DNA from: Saccostrea cucullata | Taxonomy: Eukaryota | Direction: 5' to 3' | Length of the DNA: 64,000 nt | Assembly (NCBI RefSeq): GCF_032062105.1 | Contig: NW_026933012.1 | Coordinates: 434,001-498,000, forward strand | Part shown: positions 12,986 to 26,216 of the stretch, one piece after another | Layout: each line of letters begins with the position of its first letter | Position numbering within the stretch: position 1 is the first letter of the stretch | The notes under the pieces: model-generated | The model's input: the letters and a program-made list of their open reading frames with translations, nothing else | Database searches by the model: none | Told to the model about the DNA's origin: nothing | Position numbers and translations under genes: made by a program

Positions 12986-15099
12986 GACACAAAATAAAAA
13001 TGTCATTTTCACAAAAATGTGTAATTTCTTATCTCTTTTGTATATTTATTTAAGTGAAAGGTGCACTGAATTCTACAATAAACATATAACATGAATTTAA
13101 ATAACTTAACAGAATTATTTTTTCGCAATTCTGTAATCCATCATTGATGATTAAGACGTATTATCTTGCGAGAAGATGCGAGAAAATGCAAAAAAAAAAA
13201 TGGACAATGGACAATTGTTTTTCCTTAATTTACTTCTTTACCTTTAATTTATACGTTTCATTCATTTGGTATTATTGACACCGTCCTTATGCAGTAATAT
13301 ATCATTATCACTGCACATGTGAGTTAATTTCGCCCAGTTCATTCGATTTGCAAGAGTATGCTGTACGTAGGAAAAAATTATTTCTTAAACGAAACAAGCT
13401 TTTGACAAATAGTTAGATTATACATTGTTATCCCATTTTGATAATTCTGATTGCCATGAATTTGTCTGTGAAAGTCGACTGTCCTCAGGTAAAGTGTTGA
13501 CTGTTCTCTTTCATACAAATTGGAAGACCATCATTTTTCAGACCATGTAGTCTATTTTTGATTATTTATCTATTTTGGGGTTTTTACCTTCACTCGATCA
13601 TGACAAGGGACACAAGACTGGTGTACCTGGCCAATAGATGCATGCTTCTCCATCTCTTCTTTGAGAGATCAGTGTTTGAAATCCCCACAATTTCGATTGT
13701 TTAAAAACATTTTTAGTATCTTCACATTTCAATTAAAAAAACATCAAAGTTCAGACGTACCCGTTGTATTTTAGTAGTATACGTTTCAAGAATTCACCTG
13801 TATACAATACTTTACTATCCCACAAACGAGTTATATTTATCTTTAAGAAACAACATCATGTTACGATTTTAATATTAGAAGTAGCATATACAAATGTGTC
13901 AAAACTTTCAAAAGAATTTAAATTTTATGAACCAAACACGATTTGCCAGATTTATCGAAATCGTTTGAAATAAAACATAACTCAAAAGATATATAATCCC
14001 CTGAATTATAATGCAAACATAAAAGGATTAATAAATATTTGGAAATAAGTTTATTTTAAAACTTTGTTCAAAACTTTACAATGAATAAATAAAACAATTT
14101 CTTTAGATTGTTATACAATATTACTCATTTACATTCAATCAATTGTAGAAGTGTCATTGGTAGAATTTTAACTTCACAGACAAATACTTCTCTGTTTAAA
14201 ACATTATCTTATCAATTGCCTTAATATTTTAGAAGTTAAATGTAAAAAACGGAAGATTTGGAAATGTAATTTGTACTCTTTAGATGTTTTCTGCAAATGT
14301 AAATCACTTGTAAATGAATCTGAATTCCTCCCCTTTTTATCTACAGGATACACAAAAAACAAGTTCCAAAGTGTGCCTGTATTGAACTAGAAAGCATAAG
14401 ACTTTGCTAACAGGTTAAGTCAACCAAGCTTAGATATTGAAATATTATTATAACAATTACAATTATTGATTAAAACAATCACTTTTTATGAAACATGAAA
14501 TTTTCAAACTTGGGAAAAAATGTGCAGAAGATGATGCTAAAATTGAACCTTAGTATTTATCACTCTGCAGTACCTTAACCATGGGCTTTGTTCACAGAGT
14601 CCACATTTATTTCTTGCATGATATGTGTGCGTTTGAAAACTTCAGATACATGTACATCATATAAACTTAGATAGCCTAGCTCACGAACCTAAGAATGTAA
14701 GCGCTTGGTCTATACTTGTAAGGTCAAGCCATACCACATATAATCACATTTTTGACGTGTCTTTAAAACTACTCCTTTAAACAACATAAATATATAAAAG
14801 CAATTGTCTTCTTCAGATAAAGAGTAATATTTCAATTGCTAAGTTTAAAAAATGGAATTATGTTTTTAATAATATAGTGCAAATAAATACAAAACAAAGA
14901 AGTGAAAATAATGTGGTTTGTAGCCCTCGTCTTTTCTGCACCATTCCTGGTCATTAATCTGTAAAAATATTTAAAAAGGGTATTTTAACAAATGGATATC
15001 GATGGCGGTCTATTTAATGCATGTAGACATTTTAATTCATTTATTGATTAACAAGAAAATTTTGCATTTGGATCCCCACAGTAAATCTGAGTCTTACTT

Positions 15100-18000
15100 C
15101 TAAGGGCAGATTCCACAGCGTTGGGGGCACTGTTCGGGAACATTAGCATACTTTTTACAGTAGCTCTTAGGCCAAGCAAGACAGCTTTTCCCGTCCGGCT
15201 TGCTGCAGTCAGCTGTCAAGAATTATAATCATTGATAAACATTTGCATTCAAGTAATTCAATTTCATTTAACAATGCAATATAATATGAAAAAGAGAAAT
15301 TGCATCGATTTTTTTGTCAAAATTTCTTTTCTTTGCAGATTTAGAAGATTTATAATATGAATTTACTCATGACTACAGAAAAATCCTACCATCATCGCAT
15401 GTAGGGGGTACATAGGGTGGGGCACATGCACATTCACACGTGTCTGTGTTGAGTGTTCCTCCGTTACTACAAACCTTCCCATCACATGGAGCTGAAAGTA
15501 TCGCAAAAACGCGTGTAAGTATTTAGTCAAGGAAAATATTAGATTCTCAAACTCCCCAAGATGATTATAAGTACATTGTAGTAATTTTGCGTCCACAATA
15601 AACAAGCCATTAATTTAATTATTATTCAATTTATGCTCTACAATCTTGGCTGCTTAAACTTAAGACATGAGATATGGTTTTCGAAATCAAATGCAATACA
15701 ACAGCAACCACATTGCTCTATACTTACGATCACAAAGTCCACACATCACTGGACACATTTCTGATCTAACGTTGGAGAATCTGTCGCATTCTTTACAGGA
15801 CAGGGATCCGCCCATACTTCCACACTGGGGAATGTCGTTCCCATTTTTACCGTACTTCTTTTTACATTCCTCTAGAAAAAAAGGGATATATATGTTACAT
15901 TAGCATCTTATGTAAAATAGTTGTACTTATAATGGAGATAAGGTTACGATCAAAGCTATTGCTATAATGAAGCACTTTTGAAACGCTTCAGTCAAGACGT
16001 GCATGGATAATTAAAACTTTTTAAATTCTTAAAGTTTTTATTCCTTGAAAACTGTGAGGCTGACGAATTATTTTCTCAAGCAAGTAATTTGAATATTACA
16101 ACAATGATACGAATATAAATAATTAATTAACATTTTTAAATGAAAAAATAAGTTTTTTTTATCAAGATAATTTTTTCACATCACACATATTAACAAACAT
16201 TTTTATCATGTACCTCGACTAGCTCTTTCTCCGGAATATTTACATCCATGTTTTGATGTAAAGGCGTTCTTATTTCCTGTTTTAGATGCTCCATATTTGC
16301 TTGCTTTCTTTGCTTTCTTTCCTGAAAGATGCATTGATATCATTCCATCATAGTAAATTAATGTTTAACAGGGAGTAGCAAATTATTACCGTAACATTCT
16401 GTTAACTGTATAATGATTTGTTTAAAAAAATATAAATACAGAAGTGTGAATTTCGAAAATTGATTTTTCTGTAGCTCCTATTAAGAATAGTTTTTAAAAA
16501 AAAAAAATAGATTATCTTTAATGTGCAATGCAGGATTTTGAAGTATTGATTTATGATCAATGTTAATTGTATGCTTCTGTATATTTTTTTTTCCAGTGAT
16601 GTGCTTCTAAGATTGCCACATCTTGTGTCATCTTCTTAATTGATTTCAAGTTTGCAATCTAATAAAGTATTCAGTAATAATAAATCGAGTTTAACAGAAT
16701 TTAGAATGTATTCTTGTATTAAATGTCAAAGTTTTTTTTTTATATAATATATTGAATTAACGTTTAGCTTTATAATCATACGAATAATCTGAATATATAA
16801 GTATGTAGCTATAGCCCTGTAATAGAAGGTATTGCATATGTTACATGTATAACGTTATATAGTTTTAGTGTAATACATGTAATTTAATCTCTATTCACTA
16901 GAAAGTAACTGAAATGTAACAATAACATAAGTATTAAGTTGTTCTATGACCCATACCTGTAGACTTGCACTTTCCACACATGTAGGGACAGTCAAACGGG
17001 ACATTGGCGTAATGATCACAAAGATCAGCCGTCCATGTTTTCCCGCAGACCCACATATCCTCATCGGGACAGGAAACTAAAAAAACAACAATTCCTCAGA
17101 GTACATTTTAGTGAATGCACAAAAAGTTCAAACAGATTTACAGACAGAGGGAAAATGGGGTTATTCTGCCATATGTAAAACTTACGTTGCTCGCATGATG
17201 GTCCGGTGTATAATTTCTTGCATTCACATTCACATGTTTCTACATTTAATTTCCCGCCATTATCACACTTTTTGCCGCCACAATCTGCATATAATAGAAT
17301 GGGTTTGTTGTATTTTTTGTTAAATTGAATTAAATGGACATTATTAGAAAATTAACCATCGAATACAAAACTCTTCTTATTAACCTTACCACAAAGTCCA
17401 TTTTTGCAGAAATTAGGACACTTGCTACACCGTTTACCCTGTGTGTATGGTTTGCCTAAATCTGATTGTCTGCAAAATAAATTTTAAAAAATATGTGAGA
17501 AACTTCATTGACTTTTGCAGTCTAAGTATAACTTTTAAAGATACCCTTGCCTGTTATTATGTTTTTAAACACGAATTACAGATAGCTGCATTACCCCGCA
17601 GCGTAGTTGCAGACATAGTATCTCTTGTAACGGAAAGGATCATCGTCGGTGTAAGCATATCCGCAACCAACCAGGTACGTACCATTCTGTGCCATCTGTA
17701 TAAGAATAAATACCAATTTACTTAAAGGTACTAGAATCTAAACCTTGTATACTTATATATCAAATATGGTTCTGTGCATATTGTGTTGATGCTTCTTCTT
17801 TATTGTATTATTAACTTGAAGATGAAGCTTTTCATTACAATGTTTGTACTAAATACCAATTCTAGTGTACAGTTGTCAAACCTGTGTAAAATGGCCGACT
17901 TTAAGCCACCCATTAAAACCAAGATAGGTATCGGGCTCCGGTCCATACTTCCACATCTCAATTTCGTCCCACCACATCTGAATAGCCACTGTCCAGTTTG

Positions 18001-20111
18001 GCTGTCCACCAGCTACATTCTGACCAACGGTTGTACTCCCTAGTGCTAATATACAGTATATACAAGGACATCAATTATTCTTATGCTTTAATCATGAAAA
18101 TTTACGAAAGTTTGAATGAACATGCCCTTCAGTACTTAAGAGATATTAGTATACGTACAAGGAATAGTTCGGACTTTGTCGTGTTGGTTTGTACACTGTT
18201 TTGCCCACTTCTCGGCAACTTCAGCCAATCGATCGTCCCATAGCTAAAAAGCATTGAAAAGATCTTGATTTTGATCTGTAGATGTATACTCTTTTATTAA
18301 TATTATCCTTATAAAATCTTATTGTCCGAGGTTCTATCTAAGTCGACACAAATCTTTTTTACTTCTCTTATATATAGAATGTCTTAAACTCTTTCGGTTC
18401 TTTGTAAAGGAAAAATATCCAAGTTAAAGAATTAAAAGCAAATGTAGGTCGTTCCGTTTTATTAGAAATTAGCTATTTTAATTACATTACATGACTAAAT
18501 TCTGATGAAATGGTAAAAGGAAATTAACAACCACTAAATATCAAGCATGTAATTATGTGCAATGTGGTTCCTGAATTTTGCTAATATTCATTAAGAATGA
18601 CGACCCAGTATACAGTGATTACGTATTTAGTGAGAAGAGCTAGGTCCTGGTCCTAGCAATAAGAATTCGACTACAGGGATCATCCGTGTATCCACTGATA
18701 TTAGCTCTGCATATTCATGATGTGCTGATGAATGAAGCTACTAACATCAATCAGTTAAATAACACGTAGAATGCCTTCCAAGCACCAATGTCTGAAGGAA
18801 AGACCTATTGTAGGATTATCATTAACAAATGGATCAACAAAAAAAATCAAGTTCTGAACAAATTTAATGACCCCTGAATTAAGTTTATTAAAGTTTTTCC
18901 TTCGCTAGATATAGACTATTAAGGTTCATTGACCCTCTAATATGAGAGTTACCTCTTACTAGAAATGATAACTACTTCATTAAAACAAAGGTCGAGTAAA
19001 AAGATAATTTTTTGACAAATTTTGCCTCACAAGGTTAGCACTATCTGGCCATTCCTAATCTTTTAATAGATTTCTTTCGGAAAATCATCGGTGTTAAAGC
19101 ATATAGGAGGAAGTGGGGGGGGGGGATAAAGAACATTATGGTAGTTTAGGAGAAATAAAAAGATTACCATAACCGGGAGATCAGTAGCTGGGGGTTCGAT
19201 GCTTCCTCTTAACATGTTGTGCTGTTTGACAATTTCCAATTTTTCCGTTTCAGAGACACCCCAGCGTATAGCTTTTCCCTTGTCCTTCTTACACATTGTA
19301 TGTCCTGGAATATCTCGGAATTCTTCTCTGCATGAGGAAACCTGGCACAAATATCAAGTAAAAATTGTAACCTTTTATAAACTGAATGTTCTGTACCTGC
19401 TCATTTTCGTTAACTTATTGAAAATTCTTTTAATGTTACGAAAGGTAAGCTAATGTCATTTGAACTTTTTAGAAAAAATAAATGAACTAGTTCTAGAAAA
19501 CAACCAAATTGAATAATTTTCTTTAGTATTTTTCCTTTAACTCATGTGTTTGATAATTGCCAAAAGGTTTTATTCTAGTGTTAGATTACTAGTAGCTGTA
19601 ACTTGTAACTTACATCGCTGTTTGGGGAAACTTGCTTAATTTTAACGGCGGATCCAGTGGTCTTTTTCTCGGAAGGTGGAGGTGCGTCTGGTTTCTGTGG
19701 CTTAGCAAAGAGCTGTTTAAAATCAGGAGTTGATGGAAAATACTTCATAAGGTATCGAAACAGACTATTAAAATCTAGCGGGAAAAAAGAACAAAAAATA
19801 ACAAAATGGGTCAATCTTTTTGTTTATAATGGTTTTTTTTTACCTTTCTATCTTGATATTAGTACTTGTTAGTACTTATTTTTGATTAAGTTTTACTTAC
19901 CCAGTCTCGGTGCTACAAGATAGGAAAATGATATGTGTTAATGTTAATATTGACAGTTCGGATAGAAAAAAAATATATTAAATATTCTAAAGATTTCATG
20001 ATATTTACGAAAACACATACCTTTCTTTTCTTTTTTCTCATTTGTTTTAGGATTTCCAAGCGAAGTTTCAAACAGGGCAATCACAATTAATAACAGGATA
20101 AAATATCTCAT
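15100..20111 (-). CDS. Secreted CAP/SCP-domain (CRISP-like) protein 2, about 517 aa: signal peptide, short Lys/Pro-rich linker, CAP, hinge, EGF, ShKT, Lys-rich linker, ShKT-like, EGF, ShKT
   Basis: 14 coding exons, GT-AG and phase-consistent (1554 nt): 20111-20021, 19912-19901 (microexon), 19774-19614, 19341-19168, 18243-18159, 18045-17882, 17695-17595, 17469-17390, 17284-17186, 17076-16957, 16321-16214, 15871-15728, 15491-15390, 15212-15100. Signal peptide MRYFILLLIVIALFETSLG. CAP motifs HNMLRG, LWDDRLAEVAEKWAKQC, GQNVA, WWDE, VGHFTQM, LVGCG, YYVCNYAAG. Confidence 0.92.
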
Positions 20112-20529
20112 ATTTGTAAAATATACCAACAGCGTTTTAGAGGAATATATCTTAAAATGTTCACGAATCCGCAATGAAACGAATTATAAGTTCCAGAAAA
20201 GATCGAATTTAATTAAGAAATTAATTGTATGTAGTCCCTGGGCGTTAATACATCTGTTGTTATGATGTAATAGAAACCTTTGTACCTATGTCTACAAAGA
20301 TTTTGGTTTCTGATCCGCACCAGTGGCTGCATTTTATGACAGCGCCTTTGCAGTTGCGTGAAAGTGTAGCAAAGATTGATGTTTAAAACAAAAAAAATCA
20401 GGCGACCTTGTAAACAGCTCTCTGGCGAGAGAAAAAACTGATTAACATAAATTAAAGACGCCCATTTTGCATGCTTTAGATCATTTTAAATTTGTGAACG
20501 ATTTTTTTTCATTTGACCAATCATTACAG

Positions 20530-21240
20530 AAATATACAGCGGGTGTGACCGCTCGAGAGGAGATGCTTACTCTTCTATATCACTTGATCCACACCTGATG
20601 ATTCAGAGGTTCCTATGCACTATCCTCAACATCACTGGACCTTTGAGCTTAATCACTGATAAAGTTCTTCATATAAGTTTATCTTGTATATGAAATTTAT
20701 TTAAATAGGAGCAATATACATGCGAGAGCTGTCCAAATAAGTTTTGAACACAAAATATGGAGATTACAAATAGCATTCAAGCTCAAAGTTTATTAAACAA
20801 TACAAATAGGGACCAGAGCTAATATGGACCTCTAAAACATCAGAGGTGGGATCAGGTGTCTTGAAGGAAAAAGCATCCTTAGACGATCTGTCACACCCGC
20901 AGTGTTCCTTGTCTTGATCGGGTAAATGGAAAAATCCTTAGAACTTTCGGTGTGTAAATAATGGGCTAACAATGCAATTAGTATAAAAAAAAGTTAAGTC
21001 AGTATTTGACCCCAGAACTTTCGGTGTGTAAATAATGGGCTAACAATGCAATTAGTATAAAAAAAAGTTAAGTCAGTATTTGACCCCAGTGATAGATTGC
21101 ATTTCTTAATAAGGTCATTGTAGCGACCATGGAACTTGCAAAATGCTGGCTTCAAACAAGACTGTCGACATCCTTGTTTTAAACAACTTAATATTTAATA
21201 GCTTGCCTTGTTTTAAAAATTGAAAAGGGTATATTGTTTT
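20530..21240. mobile_element. Two Penelope-like 3' fragments in opposite orientation (~20530-20670 plus; ~20780-21240 minus)
   Basis: GCGGGTGTGACCG..GGAGATGCTTACTC on plus; AGAGGTGGGATCAGGTG..AGCATCC..GTCACACCCGC..GACCATGGAACTTGCAAAATG on minus. Both match the 40690-41170 family. Confidence 0.7.
20940..21089 (+). repeat. Exact 74-bp tandem duplication inside the Penelope-like fragment
   Basis: AGAACTTTCGGTGTGTAAATAATGGGCTAACAATGCAATTAGTATAAAAAAAAGTTAAGTCAGTATTTGACCCC occurs twice in tandem. Confidence 0.95.
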
Positions 21241-22329
21241 ATGAATAAGGAGAATTCACGAATTCATACCGTTCATTATAAAGTTTTGTTGATAAGTTAC
21301 CATGGCATCAGCCGACTAGTATTTTTATAAATATTTGCCATATAATAGAATGCGCTTTTTGTTACTGAAAATTATTTACACTATATATGTTCAGTCACAA
21401 ATTATGAAGGTGCGAAAATAATTGATGTGGTAAAGGATTGTTAGGAAAATACTTTGTTTTGGGTGTACAGAAGTAAGGTACAATTACATTTATCACTCAC
21501 TTTTCAAATTCGTCAAAAAAAACCAAACCATTTGTTCCATTACTACTTCCTCTGGTTTATTATGGGATTAAGAAGTCCTTAAACGTACTGTCATTCCGTT
21601 AATTTGTTGTCGAGACTTGCGGGAATGGAGATGTATCATGATTATGCACTTGTTATAAAGCTTTCGCAGAAATATTTAGTAAAGCATCTTGCAAAACTCT
21701 GCAAACTGCCTTACAAAAGCAATCTAACAAAATATTTTAAAGGTAGAATACAACTAATAATATATAAGGCACAAAGGGGCATTTTATATCTTCACATATT
21801 ATTGATACATGTCAACCAATTTAGTATCCTATTGTCTTAGCCTTTCAGGTCATCATATTATCCTTTCTTGTTTAATTTATTTTTCAAATAAAATTTGCAA
21901 CATGTCAGAAAGGACAATATGTTCAATTTTTGTCAGAATTAAAATATTTTTTTTTTTGAAAATGAAAACATATGTATGATCGGAATTTTAGACTTATAAA
22001 TGAAAATTACCGGGAAAAGTCTTCTTTACTTTCTGGGCATGTAGGAAAAATATCATTAATGTCCATGTAGCACTCGCTAATCAATATCGGTAACAGTAAG
22101 TATTGAAAATGCTAATTTCTTTCAATTTGGATAAATGTATACATCTATTACAAATTTTCACTAGCACCTGAGGTGAAATGTGGAAATTCAGAGAAATAAT
22201 TTATATGATTTAATACGACTTCATAAACATTATATCAAAGAAGAAACACATAATTATGGAATATATTTGTTTAAAAATAACGATTATCTCTACCTAAAAC
22301 TGATTTAAATCTCTGATTCAATAATACTT

Positions 22330-23800
22330 GTTTGTAAACAAATCTAGACGCCTTTACATGCATAACCTATAACCATTCATCAAGCATTTGACATTGGAGA
22401 CAAATAATTTCTATGTCAACATTAAAAGAAGTGAATTTCCATGAATCCTTAATCAGATTAATTTGGAAAATCCGTTTGTTTTATATGTAAATTAGACACT
22501 ATCAGTGCAAACTTTGGATTGTCGATTTGAAACTTGCCTAAAGCAAGAGTTTGGGAAGAAACACAAGACGAATCGATCACAAATTACTGTAGTTTTTCTA
22601 TTCTTTTGACTTTTTTCTTCTCGTAGGAGGAATATAGTGTTCAAATGAAACAATCTGTGCACACGCCTACACCAAAGGCACTGATTTCCATACACAGACT
22701 TTGCCTTTTTCAAATTATACACGAAGTTTGTTCAATTAGTAGTGCAAAATATACATGTAACTGAATTTTTTTTCAAAAAGAAAAAAGGACATAAGTAATA
22801 TCTTTATGTTTAAGCCCTAAAAGATTTCCCTTTTTACCTATGCATATACCTATAAAGATCATTATCAGAACGCCTCAGCTTACACTCCGTTTTAGGAAGG
22901 CTCAACGACGCAATTCAATAGCACTCTGCATAATATACATGTACCTTAACTTTAATAGTCTTTCTTTGAATGCGTTTTTGGATTTTGGAATAATTAAAAC
23001 TCAGAATGACTGAACATGTAGCGAATACAGAGGATGATTGAACTCTTTAAACAACTCTTTTTAGTCTACACGTCTGTGTTTTATTTGCAGCAATATTGTT
23101 AAAACAGTTATCCCGGAGACCGGTATTTGGACTTTCCTGAATTGCCAAAATAAACGTTTAAACTTCGCATAATGCAATTTTAGCACACGAAAATATCACC
23201 TTTGTGAAAGTTTACATTAAAGGGGCCAACTAAAATGAAAAAAGTGCCAAAAAATATAGGAGTTAATGTCTTTTCATATTTAATAAAAAAAAAACAAACA
23301 TGGACGGTTCTTCTTTTTATATGTGTTTCAAATATAAAATTACTCTCTACCTTCACACTTATCATTAAACTTTAATTCCTAAAATATATGTTTGTAAACA
23401 AATATTCAAAAGCTTTTACATCATAACCATAAAATTCATCAAGCATTTGAGCAAACACAGGCCTCTAAAACAAATTATATATTTCTATGTTAAATTACAA
23501 CACATGAATTTTCATGAATCCTTAATCAGTATTAATTTGGAAAATCCGTTTGTTTTATATGTAAATTAGACACTATCAGTCTGCAAACTTTTTCTTGTCC
23601 GCAACTTTGAATACTTGCCTAGTGAAAGTTTAATGAAACACAACACGAATCTTTATCACAAATTACTGCATTTTTTACTTTTTTTTCAACTTTTTTCCTC
23701 ATAGCAAAACATGTGTGCAATTGCCATTTTTTGTTTACCTATGACGTCATATACATGTAAAGAAGCACTGGACATTTGATACAAAGACTTTCTTCTTTTT
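22330..23800 (+). repeat. Degenerate direct duplication: ~400-bp copies at ~22330-22720 and ~23390-23800
   Basis: Shared GTTTGTAAACAAAT, ATTCATCAAGCATTTGA and CATGAATCCTTAATCAG.ATTAATTTGGAAAATCCGTTTGTTTTATATGTAAATTAGACACTATCAGT, then ATCACAAATTACTG. Confidence 0.85.
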
Positions 23801-25303
23801 TTCGTAAAACAATATATTTTAACACATGGACATTATGGGATGGTTGTTCATATAGTGAGCTCAATGGAAAATGCAATTTAATAATAAGAAAAGCACACAA
23901 GTGGTGTATTTATGTTTTTTTAAGGTGCATGGAAACAGATTTGAAGTTAATATTTTCTGTCCGTCTGTTACATATATTTTAATAGCATCTCATTCACACT
24001 GAAAAATATATTAAAAATTTTATTTCATTAAAGTTATTGAAATTTCAAATTTTTACTTTTTGATGACATATATTCCTTGCACTTTCCACACAAAAATTTT
24101 ATTCATTATATTCATATGGAAATGGGCAATCTTTTGTGTATTTGAAAAATATTAGAATTTTAATCAGAAAAATAATTATTTCAACATATTGAATGAATGA
24201 AAGCAAATAACTTTTGTTCACAAATACGTCACTCCGCGCTAAGTGCTGTTCAATAAATAGCCTCGGTGATCACACCCGTTAAACGTACAAAAAGTTTTTT
24301 TCAACAGATTTACGAGCTCTGATTTCACTTATATATTCTCTTTTAATTACAACAGTGGTGCGTTAAATTGTTAAGCGTCTGCTCAGGGTCGCGAAGTGAC
24401 AATATACTGTGTGTATGTTTTGCTGTGGAACATGGAGACCTGGTTTTCTGGATTATAGTTTTAATATTTTTAGGTGCTACACAAAAGATCCACTTGCTCA
24501 ATGGCCCTGAGTGCAGGGTATATAGGATAAAATTTGTAGAAACCGACAAGTGGTGGCGAAGTGCCTATAGTGAAAAATTCTCGAGAACGTGAAAATTTTA
24601 ATCAATCATTAATTACAAATCCAAATTTTATTTGATATTTCATCTAATATTAAAATATTTTTATATAAAATATACTGGAAATTTACAAAAATCTCACAAA
24701 AACAGAAAATATTTGCCTATGAAAAAGTTTTTTACACACACTTTGGAAAATGACAACAAGTCAAATACTTTAACAAAGATTTTCGAATATGTTGGTGTGA
24801 CAAAATCGCTAACTATTTTTTTATGATCCCAAAAGTTTCCTTAAAATACACATGTTTTGGTTTACAAAAACTGAAGTGGATTCCCACTGTATCCTCTCAT
24901 AAAATTTCAATTTTTTTTTTTGAACAACTTTGATTTCGTAGATTTCCCAAAAATGAACTTCAAGTCCATTAAATCGAATTTCATACACAAGACATGATTT
25001 AATATATCATATAAAACTAGTTTTGTGCTCTTGCAATTCTTAGCTTTTCTCAGACCATGACTGTTTTTGTGTCTTATTGTAAATTTGTTTTGAGGGGTTA
25101 GAGCAATGTATTCAAGTTTTATTATCTGTCTGAATTTCAGACAAACGCTGATAACTACAATTGTTGATTTTTTAAAAATAATTATTTAGATACTCTTACA
25201 CGCTGTCGTTTTCACTCATATTTTCAAAACATAAGGTGTCCATTGAGTACTAAGCTTTTTACTGCCAAATGTTTCTTTAAAACACTGTAAGGTAGACAGA
25301 CTA

Positions 25304-25351
25304 CTCGGCCCAACGACACCTCGGCCCGTGCTGGTTGACACCTCGGCCCTG
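25304..25351 (+). repeat. Three copies of a short CTCGGCCC motif, probably a remnant of a transposon terminus
   Basis: CTCGGCCC three times (twice as GACACCTCGGCCC) within 50 bp of otherwise AT-rich DNA. Confidence 0.5.
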
Positions 25352-25981
25352 ACAGGTGTGTCAAAAATCCTCTAAAAATTTGAAGTTTTTAAAAATAACT
25401 TTTCGATGAAATAAAATGTTCTATATATTTTTGTGTTAAATTGTTTAAAATATTTTTTTTATTTTTTATGTCAAGAAAAAATTATACTTATGTATATTTA
25501 ATCACTATACCTTTTACTATAAATATAGATAATTTCAGTATTTCTTTATTTTCTAACAAACGTGATCAGAACAACATCAAAACTCCTTATAGGTAACATG
25601 ACATTTAATATTGACTTTTTTGTTTATTACAATGCAACTTTTACATTATTTATATATTTATTAGCCATTGGAAAAAAAAATTTTTTGAAAAAACTTCCCG
25701 AATGACTGACTTTGTTTATGTAGATATTTATGTGTAAACCAGTATAGGTCTACACAGAAGTTTATGTCCTGGTCCACAAGATTTATTGATTTAATTATTT
25801 TTTGGATATATAGGCCTATATATTTTACTGTTAAGTTTTAAAAACTCGTATTTTTTTCAAATCAATTCAATAAAATATCAACAGTGGTTTTTTAAATAAA
25901 ACTTTTCATAAATCTGATACTGAAAGGGCACATGCAATTGATACCCAACTTAAAGGGAATGCCCACAGATTGTTGGTAGAC

Positions 25982-26216
25982 CTGGGGTCCGTTTACAAAG
26001 GAACTTACGACGGAGACCAAAAACTTTAGTTGATTGCAATATTGTACAACATTAATTTTGCAAATCTAAAATATCTCAAGTTTACAGATTATTTTTTAAA
26101 AAAAATTAAGCCATTTTAATTTAAAGTAATATTATAACAGCATAAATTAAATATATAGATTTAATATATTTTTGTCTTAGGTGTCTTTTGTGTGAGTTCT
26201 GTAAAACGGTCCGCTG
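25982..26216. mobile_element. Degenerate MITE with imperfect TIRs
   Basis: Left end CTGGGGTCCGTTTACAAAGGAACTTAC; reverse complement of the right end CAGCGGACCGTTTTACAGAACTCAC. Confidence 0.45.

Noticed and set aside
18600-18760. Box C/D-like words (ATGATG, CTGA) in an intron of CAP gene 2
   Set aside because: They lie on the strand opposite the host gene, with wrong spacing and no terminal stem; not a supportable snoRNA.
24351-24890. CAGTGG..CCACTG pair suggesting a Tc1-like MITE
   Set aside because: Only 6-7 bp match and the left end lacks a TA flank.
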